Below, in pieces: positions 28,789-39,551 of a stretch of 64,000 nucleotides of DNA. Numbering within the stretch: position 1 is the first letter of the stretch; every line of letters starts with the position of its first letter. Position numbers and translations under genes: made by a program. Below the pieces are notes generated by a model. It saw only the letters and a list, made by a program, of their open reading frames with translations. It did no database searches and was not told where the DNA came from. This DNA is from an uncultured Acidimicrobiia bacterium (GTDB taxonomy: Bacteria > Actinomycetota > Acidimicrobiia > IMCC26256 > JAENVU01). The stretch lies in contig CAVXVA010000001.1 in NCBI GenBank assembly GCA_963765075.1, forward strand, positions 549,448-613,447, written 5' to 3'.

Positions 28789-28917
28789 TCAGCCGGCGAG
28801 TTGTTCGACCGCGCGCTCGCGGTAGAGCACCTCGTCCACGGCGACGCCGAGTTCGACGGCGAGTTCCCGGGTCTGATCCCGGTCGAAGAGATACGTGAGA
28901 AAGTCGTGGTAGTCCAT
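28789..28917 (-). CDS. small hypothetical protein (42 aa)
   Basis: MDYHDFLTYLFDRDQTRELAVELGVAVDEVLYRERAVEQLAG. GGGAGG Shine-Dalgarno 7 nt before the ATG. It ends 44 nt upstream of the CPBP protease start. Confidence 0.55.
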   Translation of the reverse strand: MDYHDFLTYLFDRDQTRELAVELGVAVDEVLYRERAVEQLAG

Positions 28918-29003
28918 GTGATTGCCTCCCGTTGGTTTCCAATACCCATCACAGGTATCGGACCGGGTCGGCCGAAAACTTGAACGATTTCCCTCCACCT
29001 CCC

Positions 29004-29051
29004 AGCGTTTGGCGCGTGGTGATCGTCCGAGCACCACGAAATGCCAATCGC
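29004..29051. repeat. diverged copy of the ~50-nt hairpin repeat also present twice at 62738..62866
   Basis: AGCGTTTGGC (29004..29013) ... GAGCACCAC ... GCCAATCGC (29043..29051). The 12-mer CCAGCGTTTGGC is identical to 62742..62753. Arm spacing (48 nt) and loop core match the 62.7-kb copies. Confidence 0.5.
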
Positions 29052-29062
29052 ACCCGAGCCCG

Positions 29063-29713
29063 TCAGGGTTTGGTGCCGGCGAGAAGCGCCAGTTCACGCC
29101 ACTTCCAGTGGCAATCGACGCTGGCGAAACCGATCGCTTGCAGCCAGGCCAACTGATCCGACACCAGCGCAAGTTGGTTGGACGGATCATCCCGTTCGGG
29201 GGTGGTCCCGATGGCCGCAAGAAACTCGTCGTGGAGGCTCGGCGTCACCGAGGCGACGTGCTCCAGGTTCAGGAACACGCCCCCCGGGCCCAACCGGTCG
29301 AACACCTCGCGGTACAGCGCCTGTTTCCGCGCGTCGGCGAGGTGGTGGATCGCGAAACTGCTCACGACCAGATCGAAGGTGCCCCAACCCACCGGGAGCG
29401 GGTCGTCGAGGTCGTGCCGCACGACCTCCACGAACTCGTCGGCCGCGAAGCGGGCCTCGGCCCGCCCGAGCATCTCCTCCGCGAAGTCACAGGCAACTCC
29501 GCGCGCGGCCGGTCGCAGGTCGCGGAGCAACCCCATGAGAATCCCGTCGCCGGTGCCGAGGTCGAGCACCCGACCGACCTCGGCGGGAACGAACTCGGCC
29601 AGGACCGCCATGCCCTCGGCCCGGAACGGGATCGAATCGCGATGGGCGAGATAGGCGCGCGCGTGTTGGGCCTCGATCCACCGGTTGGTCGAAGCCGCGC
29701 TGACGTCGGTCAT
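29063..29713 (-). CDS. class I SAM-dependent methyltransferase
   Basis: VLDLGTGDGIL motif I and ..FDLVVSSFAIHHL... The ATG at 29713 overlaps the leuA stop (ATGA). Only the last 216 codons of the 576-aa track ORF are protein-like. Confidence 0.8.
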   Translation of the reverse strand: MTDVSAASTNRWIEAQHARAYLAHRDSIPFRAEGMAVLAEFVPAEVGRVLDLGTGDGILMGLLRDLRPAARGVACDFAEEMLGRAEARFAADEFVEVVRHDLDDPLPVGWGTFDLVVSSFAIHHLADARKQALYREVFDRLGPGGVFLNLEHVASVTPSLHDEFLAAIGTTPERDDPSNQLALVSDQLAWLQAIGFASVDCHWKWRELALLAGTKP

Positions 29714-31251
29714 GGCCCGACAACGCGTTCGCGCACCTCGGCTCGGTCGCGCAGGCGCACGATCTTGTTCACCGCCGCGAGGTAGGCCCGCGCCGATGCC
29801 TCGACGACGTCGGTGGAGACACCGCGACCGCTGGCTCGCACCCCATCGGCGTCGAGCTGCACCACGACATCGCCGAGCGCGTCGCCGCCGCTCGTCACCG
29901 ACGAGACGTGGAACTCGTTGACCGTTCCGTGGACTCCGGTTGCCTCCGCGATCGCGGCGATCGCGGCGTCGATCATCCCGTTGCCTTCGCCGTGCCCTTC
30001 GACCTTGGTGTCGCCGTCGGTGAGGACCACGTCGGCACTCGGCATCGCGGACGAGCCACCACGGAACTCGAAGCTCGCGATCGCGAATCGATGCACCATC
30101 CCCGTGCCGAGTTCCTCGGCGACGATGGCTTCCAGGTCGGCTTCGGTGATCTGCACCTTGCGGTCGGCGAGTTCCTTGAATCGCACGAACGCCTGGTTCA
30201 AGGCATCGCCCTGCAGGTGCAGGCCGATCTTCTCCATCGAGTCCGAGAACGCATGACGACCCGAGTGTTTGCCCAGCACGATCTGGGCCGCCTCCTGGCC
30301 CACCGAACCGGCGTCCATGATCTCGTAGGTCTCGGGGTCCTCCAGGACACCGTGCTGGTGGATGCCCGCCTCGTGCGCGAACGCGTTGCGGCCGACGATC
30401 GCCTTGTTGAACTGCACCGGGTAGCCGGTGAGGCGCGAGACCATGCGCGACGCCCGCGACAGCTCCTCGGTCTTGATGTTGGTTTCGAGGCCTTCGAAGT
30501 AGTCCGAGCGCGTGCGGATCGCCATCACGACTTCCTCGAGCGCGGCGTTCCCGGCCCGTTCGCCGAGGCCGTTGATCGCACACTCGACCTGGCGGGCACC
30601 GTTGGCCACACCGGCCAGCGAGTTCGCCACCGCGAGACCCAGATCGTTGTGACAGTGCGTCGACACGACGTAGTCGCCCTGCACCGTGTCGATCACGTAC
30701 GCGATCAGCTTGCCGAAGTCTTCCGGCAAGCCGAACCCGACCGTGTCGGGGATGTTCAGCGTGGTCGCGCCGTTGTCGACGGCGATCTGACACACCTCCA
30801 CCATGAACTCAGGATCGGACCGGAACGCGTCTTCGGGCGAGTACTCGATGTCGGCGGTGTAGGACTTCGCCCGGGCGACACCGGCCGCCACCTCGGCCTT
30901 GACTTGGTCGCGCGTCATCCGCAGCTTCTTGCGCATGTGGATCTCGGACGTGGCGATGAAGACGTGGATCCGATTGCGCTCGGCGTGGCGGACGGCTTCC
31001 CAGGCCCGGTCGATGTCCTTGAAGCCGGTGCGCGACAGGCCGGCGATGATCGGGCCCTTGACCGACTTCGCGATCGCTTCGACCGCTTCGAAGTCGCCGT
31101 CGCTCGCGATCGGGAATCCGGCCTCGATGATGTCGACGCCCAGGCGCGCGAGCTGGTCTGCGATCTCGAGCTTTTCGCCCACGTCCAGCGCGATTCCCGG
31201 CGACTGTTCGCCGTCCCGCAGTGTCGTATCGAAGATCAGCACCCTGTCCAT
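29710..31251 (-). CDS. leuA: 2-isopropylmalate synthase
   Basis: [19 protein letters not shown].., [27 protein letters not shown], and a LeuA allosteric C-terminal domain. ATG at 31251. Confidence 0.9.
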   Translation of the reverse strand: MDRVLIFDTTLRDGEQSPGIALDVGEKLEIADQLARLGVDIIEAGFPIASDGDFEAVEAIAKSVKGPIIAGLSRTGFKDIDRAWEAVRHAERNRIHVFIATSEIHMRKKLRMTRDQVKAEVAAGVARAKSYTADIEYSPEDAFRSDPEFMVEVCQIAVDNGATTLNIPDTVGFGLPEDFGKLIAYVIDTVQGDYVVSTHCHNDLGLAVANSLAGVANGARQVECAINGLGERAGNAALEEVVMAIRTRSDYFEGLETNIKTEELSRASRMVSRLTGYPVQFNKAIVGRNAFAHEAGIHQHGVLEDPETYEIMDAGSVGQEAAQIVLGKHSGRHAFSDSMEKIGLHLQGDALNQAFVRFKELADRKVQITEADLEAIVAEELGTGMVHRFAIASFEFRGGSSAMPSADVVLTDGDTKVEGHGEGNGMIDAAIAAIAEATGVHGTVNEFHVSSVTSGGDALGDVVVQLDADGVRASGRGVSTDVVEASARAYLAAVNKIVRLRDRAEVRERVVGP

Positions 31252-31305
31252 CGGGGGTTCCTCTCTGATGGGGTGGTTCGGGTCGGGGATGGTTCGGAAT
31301 TTCGG

Positions 31306-31332
31306 CAAACAAAAACCCTCCCGGCCCGGAGG
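31306..31332 (-). terminator. intrinsic terminator of the leuA leader (attenuator)
   Basis: Minus-strand RNA CCUCC-GGGCCG-GGAGG(G) followed by UUUUUGUUUG, about 55 nt before the leuA ATG. An upstream CCCUC (31338..31342) can pair with the same 3' arm, giving an alternative structure. Confidence 0.65.
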
Positions 31333-31375
31333 CACGAGAGGGTGAACGACGAGCGACCACGAGGGGCGCTCGCCC

Positions 31376-31417
31376 CTAGGTAAGGAGCAGGTTCTGGATA
31401 CGCGTCGCCATTGACAT
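31376..31417 (-). promoter_or_regulatory. leucine leader peptide MSMATRIQNLLLT
   Basis: ATG TCA ATG GCG ACG CGT ATC CAG AAC CTG CTC CTT ACC TAG, with three consecutive Leu codons. The stop codon lies inside the GC hairpin AGGGGCG-CT-CGCCCCT (31362..31377). Confidence 0.7.
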
Positions 31418-31427
31418 AGGAGCGTGG

Positions 31428-31456
31428 ATTCTCGCACAGTTCGCTACCAGGGTCAA
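31428..31456 (-). promoter_or_regulatory. candidate sigma-70-type promoter of the leuA leader
   Basis: Minus strand TTGACC (31456..31451), a 17-nt spacer, then GAGAAT (31433..31428). The leader ATG follows 10 nt later, so the transcript is near-leaderless. Confidence 0.45.
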
Positions 31457-31490
31457 TGCTTTTTCGGTCCAGCCGTGCGAAACTGCCGGC

Positions 31491-31835
31491 ATGAGCAGGT
31501 TGGTGCGCCGAGGAGCGATCGCCGCCGCGTTTGCCGGCATGGCGTACGCGGCCTGGCGTTTCCTCGAAGCGCGCAAGCCCGACACCGGCGGCCTGACCTT
31601 CCAGGCCCAGCCCTTCCCGCTGCCGCCCAAGCCGATTCCGATCACCCTCGGCTCGCCCACGGCCGCACCGGACGCGAGCGGGGACTGTCCGCCCACGCAT
31701 CCGATCAAGGGCAAGCGCAGCTCGGGCATCTACCACCAGCCCGGAGGGTTCGCGTACGAGCGCACGCATGCGGACTGTTGTTACCGCGACACGACCGCCG
31801 CCGAAGACGACGGTCTGCGCGCAGCCAAACGCTGA
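31491..31835 (+). CDS. membrane-anchored protein with a C-terminal 'sunset'-type domain
   Basis: N-terminal hydrophobic segment [15 protein letters not shown]. The C-terminus [49 protein letters not shown] matches the IKGN..S.IYH.PG...Y..T....CF.....A...G.R..KR pattern. Confidence 0.65.
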   Translation: MSRLVRRGAIAAAFAGMAYAAWRFLEARKPDTGGLTFQAQPFPLPPKPIPITLGSPTAAPDASGDCPPTHPIKGKRSSGIYHQPGGFAYERTHADCCYRDTTAAEDDGLRAAKR

Positions 31836-31926
31836 GCGAGAAGGTGCGGGACGATTCTTCCTTTCGCACGAGCGGTGGCCTACCCTGCCCCGCTTCACGA
31901 CCGCGTACACAAACCTAGGGACACTT

Positions 31927-32320
31927 ATGAAAGACATGCTCAACGACTTCAAGAAGTTCATCATGAAGGGCAACGTGCTCGACCTCGCGGTCGCTGTGAT
32001 CATCGGCGGCGCGTTCGGGCTGCTGATCGCGAGCATGGTCAACGACATCATCATGCCGATCATCGGAGCGATCGTCGGCAAACCGAGTTTCTACGGATCT
32101 GACGTTGGAGATCGGTGACGGCGTCGTCCGCTACGGCAGCTTCCTGACCGTGCTGGTGAACTTCCTCATCATCGCGTTCGTGCTGTTCCTGATCATCAGG
32201 CGTTCGAGAAGATGCAGAGCATGCGCGGCACGAAGGAAGAACAGGCCGAGCCGCTCACCGTCGAGGGCGAGATCCTCGCGGAGATCCGCGACCTGCTGAA
32301 GCACGCAGCGCTCCGCCTGA
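31927..32320 (+). pseudogene. mscL: large-conductance mechanosensitive channel; frame broken near 32095 and 32198; 3' end unresolved
   Basis: [48 protein letters not shown] (frame 1), ..[31 protein letters not shown] (frame 2), then AFEKMQSMRGTKEEQAEP..EILAEIRDLLK (frame 1). As written, the last frame has no stop until 32439, which is inside serA on the other strand. The end coordinate is therefore approximate. Confidence 0.8.
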
Positions 32321-32326
32321 TCGGAC

Positions 32327-33929
32327 TCAGCCGAGTTCGATGGCCTTGGCGTCGAGTGATGCCGTCCTCGGCGCGCAACGCGTCGAGGACGGTGTCGGTG
32401 GCCGGGGTCGAGGTCGACAGGGCCATGAGCGCGGCCTGACCGGAGTCGGTCCGGCCGACGACCATGTCGTCGATGTTGATCGACGCGTCGCCGAGAATCA
32501 TCCCGACCTTGCCGATGATCCCGGGCACATCCGAGTTGCGCACCACGAGCATGTGCGCCGACGGCGGCACGTCGATCACGTGGTCGTCGATCCCGACGAT
32601 GCGCGAGTGAGCCCTGCTTGCCGTAGAGCGTGCCGGCCACGTGGGTGGCTCGGCCGCCGTAGCTCCCGCGGAGCTCCACCAGGTTCACGTAGTCGTGGGT
32701 GGCCGCAAGCTTCGATTCCTTGACCTCCAGCCCGCGCGAGGCCGCGATGGCGGGGGCATTCACGAAGCTCACCGGCTCGTCGACCACCGGGCCGAGCACG
32801 CCCTTCAGTGCCGCCAGGGTGAGCACCTTGCAGTCGTAGTCGGCGATCTGGCCTTCGTAGGACACTTCGAGCGTGTCGACGACTCCCCCGGCCAGGCCCG
32901 TGAACAGCCGGCCCAAGCGCTCGACCAGCGGCAGGAACGGCGCCACGGTCGCGTTCGCCTCGCTCGCGGCGAGGTTGACCGCGAACGGCACGAACTCGCC
33001 CGCGAGCCCGAGCACCACCATCTCCGCGATCGTCTGGCCGGCCTTGTCCTGCGCCTCACTGGTGGACGCACCGAGGTGCGGAGTGACGACGACGTTCTCC
33101 AGCGCGAACAGCGGCGACTCGGTGGTCGGCTCGATGGCGAACACGTCGATCGCCGCGCCGCCGAGCGGACCGTGAGCCAAAGCGTCGGCCAGCGCGGCTT
33201 CGTCGATGATGCCGCCGCGGGCGGTGTTGACGATGCGCAGGCCCGGCTTGGCGTGGGCCAGCAGCTCGGCGTCGAACAACCCGATGGTCTCGGGCGTCTT
33301 CGGCAGGTGGATCGTGAGGAAGTCGGCGGACTCGACCAGCACGCCGAGATCGGGTTGCAGCTCGACACCGAGCTGGCGGGCCCGCTCCGCGCTGACGTAC
33401 GGGTCGTAGGCGACCAGACGCATCCCGAACGCGAGACACCGCTGCGCGACGAGCACGCCGACGCGGCCGAGCCCGACGACGCCCAACGTCTTGCCGTGCA
33501 GCTCGACGCCGGTCCAGCGCGAGCGGTTCCACTTGCCGGCCTTGAGGTCGCGATCGGCCTGCGGGATGTTGCGCGCCTGCGCGAGCAGCAGCGCGACGGT
33601 CTGCTCGGCCGCCGAGATCACGTTCGACTGCGGTGCGTTCACCACCATGACGCCCCGCTCGGTCGCGGCGGCGACATCGACGTTGTCGAGGCCGATCCCG
33701 GCCCGGCCGACCACGACGAGGTCGGTCCCGGCCGCGAGCACCTCGGCGGTGACCTGGGTCGCGCTGCGGATGACAAGGCCGCCGCGCCCGGGACCGCGGC
33801 GATCAGCTCTTCGGGCGAGAGTCCGAGCTGGACGTCGACCTCGAGCCCGGCGGCGCGCATGTGGTCGAGGCCGCGCTCGGCGAGTTCTTCGGTGACCAGA
33901 ACACGATTGCTCAACTGCACACTCCTCAT
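32327..33929 (-). pseudogene. serA: D-3-phosphoglycerate dehydrogenase; frame broken near 33772, 32610 and 32350
   Basis: N-terminus ..VLVTEELAERGLDHMRAAGLEVDV... The core GRAGIGLDNVDVAAATERGVMVVNAP..GKTLGVVGLGRVGVLVAQR..TPHLGAST.. is in a second frame. The ACT domain ..VPGIIGKVGMILGDASINIDDMVVGR.. is in a third frame. The last codons DAKAIELG* are in a fourth reading. Confidence 0.9.
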
Positions 33930-35134
33930 TCAGGCCGAGAAACTCGGCGATGCGACGGATCCCGACTTCGAGGTCGTCGTCGCCGAGCGCGAAGGACAAG
34001 CGGGCGTACCCCGGCGCGCCGAACGCTTCACCGGGAACGATCGCGACCTTGGCGACATCGAGCAGCACCTCGGCGAGTTCGAGCGTGGTCGTGACCATCC
34101 GGCCACCGAGCTCGCGACCGAGGACGCCTTCGAAACTCGGGAAGCAGTAGAACGCGCCTTGAGGCTCGAGGCAGACGACGCCGGGGATCGCGCTCAACAT
34201 CGAGTGCATCAGGCGTGCCCCGCCGCGCGAACGCATCCCGCATCATCGCGACCGCGTCGAGATCGCCCGTACACCGCGGCGAGCGCGGCCCGCTGGGACA
34301 CGTTGGCGACGTTCGACGTCGAGTGCGACTGCAGGTTCGTCGCCGCGGCGATGACGTCTTCGGGTCCGATCATCCACCCGACGCGCCAGCCGGTCATCGC
34401 GTAGGTCTTGGCGACGCCGTTCAGCACCACGCAGGTATCGGCGAGCGCCGGCACGACCGCGGGCATCGACGTGAAGACGTGCTCGCCGTAGGTGAGGTGC
34501 TCGTAGATCTCGTCGGTCACGACCCAGATGCCGTGCTCGACCGCCCACTTCCCGATCGCCTCGACCTCGCTTCGGGGGATAGACCGCGCCCGTCGGGTTC
34601 GACGGCGACACGAACAGCAGCACCTTGGTGTTCGGCGTGCGCGCCGCCTCGAGTTGATCGACCGTGACCCGAAATCCGGTCGCGGCCGTGGTGGGCAGCA
34701 CGACCTCCTGACCGCCCGCCAGCGCGATCGCCTCGGGGTAGGTCGTCCAGTACGGCGCCGGCAACAACACCTCGTCGCCCGGGTCGAGCAGCGCCTGGAA
34801 CGTGTTGTAGACCGCGTGCTTCCCGCCGTTGGTGACGAGCACCTGGCTCGGGATCACCCCGTAGCCGGAGTCCCGCGCGGTCTTGTCGGCAATCGCGCGA
34901 CGCAGCTCGGGCAGGCCGGCCGTGGGTGAGTACCGATGGTTGACCGGGTTCCGACACGCTTCGGCGGCCGCCTCGACGATGTGCGGCCGGAGTCGGGAAG
35001 TCGGGTTCACCGGCGCCGAACCCGATGACGGGCTCCCCCGCGGCCTTGAGCGCCTTGGCCTTGGCATCGACCGCGAGGGTCGCGGACTCGGCAATGGCGG
35101 CGATTCGGCGGGAAACTCGGTTGTCCTGGCTCAC
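33930..35134 (-). pseudogene. class I pyridoxal-phosphate-dependent (aspartate-type) aminotransferase; at least 4 frame breaks (~34988, ~34572, ~34265, ~34215) and no in-frame stop
   Basis: Pieces in four frames join into ..[40 protein letters not shown] | [43 protein letters not shown] | [42 protein letters not shown].. | [15 protein letters not shown] | [30 protein letters not shown]... GTG start at 35134. The likely stop is TGA 33932..33930, which is 1 nt out of the final frame. Confidence 0.85.
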
Positions 35135-35236
35135 CCGGCCATCGTGACACGCGAGGCACCCGTGTGCCGGACCGAAAAGCGACGGCGGTCCGGCGCCCCG
35201 AGGCCCGGCCAACCCCGCCACTAGCCTTGTGGTCGC

Positions 35237-36700
35237 ATGACGTTCGTCCGCCGGGCCCGGCGCCGCCGCCTGTTCCTCGCCGCGGTCCTGGGCGCGATCG
35301 CGGCGTTCCCGGCCACGACATTCCCGGTAACTCCCGCCGGCGCCGCGCCGAACACCCAGCCCCCGGCGGCCTACATCGTCGTCGACGCCGACACCGGCAA
35401 GGTGCTCGCGGCCCAGAACGAGCACGAGCCTCACCTCACCGCGTCGACCATCAAAGTGTTCACCGCGTTGGTCGCCCTCGAACACCGACCGGTGGACGCG
35501 CCGGTCCTCGTCAGCAACTTGGCGGCGGGCCAACCCGCGTCGAAGATCGACATGAAGGAAGGCAGTACCTGGACGCTCGACCAGGCCCTCCACTCTCTCC
35601 TCATCATCTCGGCCAACGATGCGGCCTACGCCATCGCCGAATCCACCGGCGGGGATCTCGCCGGTTTCGAGCGGATGGCCAACGCGACCGCGAAGCGACT
35701 CGGGATGCGCAGACACCAGCTTCCACGACCCGGCCGGACTCGACGGCGCCGAGGGCTTCGAGGGCGGCACCCGATCGAGCACGTACGACCTCGCCATCGT
35801 GGCCCGCAACGCGTTGACGTGTCCCCGCCATTGCCGATACCGCCGCGCCGACTCACGTACGAGTTCACCGACCCCTCCGGTGCCGGTCGGCGTCTCGTCA
35901 ATCACAACCGCGGGTTCCTCACCACCTATCCCGGTGCGATCGGGTTCAAGACCGGATACACCAAGCAGGCCGGTCGGACCCTGATCACCGCCGCACGGCG
36001 AGACGGTCGCACCCTGATCGCCGTCGTGATGAACACTTGGGACGACACCGGATGGTCGGGCTTCCTGCTCGACCAGGCGTTCGCGGGCACCGGTCCGGCT
36101 CCGACCGCGTCGCCGGCCCAGCTCCCACCCGTGCGCACCGTTCCCTACGACGCTCGCACGGCGCAGTTCTCGGCCGTGCCGGCGGCCTTCGCCGCGGCGT
36201 TGTCGTCGGTCGGGCTGGCCCTCCCGGCCCCGAGCCCGACCTTGGCCGCGAGCACCCCGGCATCGACGGCGCCCACCACCACGCCCACCACGGCCCCACC
36301 CACCGAGGCCGACGTCACGCCCGCCGCGGTGGGGTCCAGCGCGGCCGGGGTGCCGACCACCGTGGCGACGAGCACCACCGACGGCTGGAGCTGGGGCACC
36401 TTCGCCCGCACCGTCGGACTCGTCCTGTTGGGGCTGCTCATCGTGGTCGTGATCCTTCGGCGCCGCGCGGTCAAGCGACAGCGGGCCCGCCGGATCGAAC
36501 GACTCAAGGCGCATCGTGAAGCCCGCCGGCGGGGCATGATCGACATCATCGAAGCCGACGACACGGATATGCCGCGTGGTCCCGGCGGGCACCAGCCACC
36601 ACGTCTCGGCGAGCCGCCGTCATCCGAACGAGCGCCGTATCCAGCGAGCCGCACGACCCCGCGACCCGGCGTCCCACCGAGATCGGAACCCCTGACATGA
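35237..36700 (+). pseudogene. D-alanyl-D-alanine carboxypeptidase (peptidase S11) with a C-terminal Pro/Thr linker, TM anchor and charged tail; 3 frame breaks (~35707, ~35817, ~35848)
   Basis: Signal peptide, SxxK motif [15 protein letters not shown] (LIISANDAA) and KTGYT. The stretch between 35707 and 35848 reads [25 protein letters not shown] and then VPAIADTAA in the other two frames, before returning to the main frame at LTYEFTDP. Confidence 0.85.
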
Positions 36701-37541
36701 GTTCATCGTCGGACGCGTCGGCACCCCACGATCCGGCGGCGCCCGAGGTGCTCTACGACGTGGCCGGTCACGTCGCCACGATCACTCTCAACCGTCCGCA
36801 CCGACGCAACGCGATCTCGGTGCGGATGCTCGTCGAGCTGACCGAGGTCATCGAACGGATCGAGCGCGACCGCGGGGTTCGGGTCGCGATCCTCACCGGC
36901 GCCGGGGCCGGCTTCTGCTCCGGTCTCGACATCAAGGACGCGATGGCCGGCACGGGCATCGGTGGCGGCGGCAACGTCAGCCCCGGCGGTGGGGGCGGCC
37001 TGAGCCGAACCACCGACCTGCCCACGATCGCGCTCCACGAGATGAACACCCCGGTGATCGCTGCCCTCAACGGCGCGGCGGCCGGATACGGCTTCGACCT
37101 CGCGCTCGGGCTGTGACCTTCGCCTCGCGGCCGAGTCGGCGCGTCTGCTTCCCGGTTTCGCCAAACGCGCAATCGTGCCCGAGAGTGGCGGCACGTGGTA
37201 TCTCCCGCGGCTGGTCGGGCTGGGCGAAGGCCGCCGAGATCGCCTACCTCGGGCGAGACCTCACCGCCGCCGAATCCAAGGAACTCGGTCTCGTCAACGA
37301 CGTGGTGGCCGACGACGCACTCATGGCGGTCGCCAACGATTGGGCCGGCGAGATCGCGGCGAACGCCCCGCTGGCGGTGCAATCGATCAAGCGGCTGTTC
37401 CGCGCCGGCATGAACGAAGACTTCCGCACCCACTCCGAGCACGTGTTGCTCCAGCTCGGTTCACTGATGCGCACGCAGGACTTCCAGGAAGGCCTGCTCA
37501 GCTTCATGGAGCGCCGCGCCCCCGACTTCACCGGGAGCTAG
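36697..37541 (+). pseudogene. enoyl-CoA hydratase/isomerase family protein; frame broken near 37108 and 37215
   Basis: VATITLNRPHRRNA..LTGAGAGFCSGLD..AALNGAAAGYGFDLALG (frame 1), CDLRLAAESARLLPGFAKRAIVPESGGTWYLPRLVG (frame 2), then WAKAAEIAYLGRDLTAAESKELGLVN... (frame 3). The start overlaps the carboxypeptidase stop (ATGA). Confidence 0.85.
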
Positions 37542-37553
37542 CGGGCGAGCGAG

Positions 37554-38727
37554 CTACGCGACGGCTTCGTCGCCGGTGGGATCCCAGTTGGCGAGATCGG
37601 CGAGGCGGGGATCGTTGGAGAAGACCTCGACGATCGGCCGATCGAGTTGCAAGCGCCGCTGGATCACCCGCACGTCGTTCTCTTCGTTCCACAACGACAG
37701 CATCACCGCGACCCCCATCTCGCCGGCACGGGCGGTGCGACCGGATCGGTGGATATACGCCTTGTGATCCTCGGGCGGGTCGTAGTGCACCACCACATCG
37801 ACGCCGTCGACGTGGATGCCGCGCGCCGCAACGTCGGTCGCGACGAGGACCGGCAGCTTGCCGTCGGAGAAGTCGGCGAGGGCGCGTTCGCGGGCGGCCT
37901 GGCGCAGGTCGCCGTGGATCGCGCCGGCCTTGATCCGCTCGCGCATCAGCTGCTCGACGACCTTGTCGGCCCCGCGCTTGGTGCGACAGAAGATCAGCGT
38001 GCGATCGACCGACCGGGAGATCGCCGCGGCGACCTTGACCTTGTCCATCTGGTGCACCAGGAAAAAGTGGTGATGCATCACGATCGACGGTCTCTTCTTT
38101 GGACTCGACCTCGTGCGACACCGGATCGGTGAGGTACCGATCGACCAGGCGATCGATCCCGCGGTCGAGCGTGGCCGAGAAGAGCATCGTCTGGTGGACG
38201 CCCTGCACGCGGTGGAGGATCTTCTGCACCTGGGGCAGGAATCCCATGTCGGCCATGCGATCGGCCTCGTCGAGCACCAAGACCTTCACCGCCGCGAACG
38301 ACAGTTCGCCGCGCTCCATGAGGTCGATCAACCGACCCGGGGTGCCGATCAGCACATCGAGCCCCCGTTGGAGCGCTTCGACCTGGGGGTCCATTCCCAC
38401 GCCGCCGTAGAACGCGGCGACGCTGAGCCCGAGCGTCTTGCCCAGGGGCTCCAGCACCTCCCGCACCTGGTTCGCGAGCTCGCGGGTGGGCACGAGCACC
38501 AGACCGTGGGGCTCGCGTGGCGCGGCCTTCTGAACCCGGTCGAGCAATGGCAGACCGAACGCCAGCGTCTTGCCGGACCCGGTCTTGGCCTTCCCCAACA
38601 CGTCACGGCCCGCGAGGGCGTCGGCAATGGTGAGGGCTTGAATTGCGAAGGGCTCGTTGATGCCCTGGGCGCCAAGCGCGTCGGCGAGAGGGGCCGAGAC
38701 GCCGAGATCGGCGAACGTCGAAGTCAT
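37554..38727 (-). pseudogene. DEAD-box ATP-dependent RNA helicase; frame broken near 38085
   Basis: Q motif FADLGV..PFAIQ, AKTGSGKT, PTRELA, DEAD (VLDEADRM) and SAT in one frame. ..LIFCRTKRGADK..IHGDLRQAARERAL..VATDVAARGIHV..HRSGRTARAG.. lie in the second frame. ATG at 38727. Confidence 0.9.
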
Positions 38728-38867
38728 GTTTCGCTTTCGATTCGGGGCTCTCATTCTATGCGGCCGGCGAGCCAGCGCGCCCGATCAGCCCAATTCGGGC
38801 CTCGCGGGCGCTGAGCCCCTCCTGAACCGGGCACGGGTGGCCGGCTCCGGCGTGGCAGCATCGGTCC

Positions 38868-39551
38868 ATGCGGGTCCTCGTGGTCGAAGACGAAACCAAC
38901 ATCGCCGACGCACTGGCGACCGGCCTGCGAGCGGAGGGGTTCGACGTCGATGTCGTGAACAACGGCGACGACGGCCTCTGGCGGGCCCGGGAGACGGCCT
39001 ACGCGGCGATCATCCTCGACATCCTGCTGCCCGGGATGAACGGATTCCGTATCTGTCGGACCTTGCGCGCCGAGGGCGTCTGGACGCCGATCCTGATGCT
39101 CACCGCCAAGGACGGAGAACTCGACGAGGCCGAGGCCCTCGATACCGGCGCCGACGACTTCCTCTCCAAGCCGTTTTCGTTCGTCGTCCTCGTCGCCCGC
39201 CTGCGCGCACTTCTCCGGCGCGGCGCGGCCCCCCGCCCGGCGGTGCTCCAAGTCGGTTCACTCACCCTGGATCCCGCGTCGCGCGAGTGCCACCGCGGCG
39301 AGACCGGCATCGAGCTGACGGCCCGCGAGTACGCGCTGTTGGAGCTGTTGATGCGTCGTTCCGACGCGATCGTGTCGAAGGCGGTCCTGATCGACGAGGT
39401 CTGGGGACCGGACTTTCCCGGCGACCCGAACATCGTCGAGGTCTACATCGGCTACGTGCGCCGCAAGATCGACGCGCCCTTCGGGCTCCAGACGATCCTC
39501 ACCGTCCGCGGCGCGGGCTACCGGCTGATCGCGGACCCGACGGACACCTGA
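38868..39551 (+). CDS. OmpR-family two-component response regulator
   Basis: MRVLVVEDE..ILDILLPGMNG..MLTAKD receiver domain plus a winged-helix C-terminus ..LTAREYALLELLMRR..VEVYIGYVRRKI..VRGAGYRL. Intact. Confidence 0.9.
   Translation: MRVLVVEDETNIADALATGLRAEGFDVDVVNNGDDGLWRARETAYAAIILDILLPGMNGFRICRTLRAEGVWTPILMLTAKDGELDEAEALDTGADDFLSKPFSFVVLVARLRALLRRGAAPRPAVLQVGSLTLDPASRECHRGETGIELTAREYALLELLMRRSDAIVSKAVLIDEVWGPDFPGDPNIVEVYIGYVRRKIDAPFGLQTILTVRGAGYRLIADPTDT

Noticed and set aside
31824-31833. GCCAAACGCT at the end of the sunset-domain gene (..RAAKR*) matches the 3' arm of the hairpin repeat, which suggested the repeat derives from this gene's 3' end.
   Set aside because: It is only a 10-14-nt match. 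A 10-mer match is not improbable in 128 kb of two-strand GC-rich sequence. There is no matching 5' arm or loop.
34517-36592. 691-aa minus-strand ORF, and many other long ORFs antisense to annotated genes (for example 4572..5825, 17694..19253, 29908..31383, 55370..56686, 61399..63147).
   Set aside because: Their composition (R, G, P, H, D runs) is typical of non-coding frames in high-GC genomes. Each lies opposite a gene with clear family motifs.
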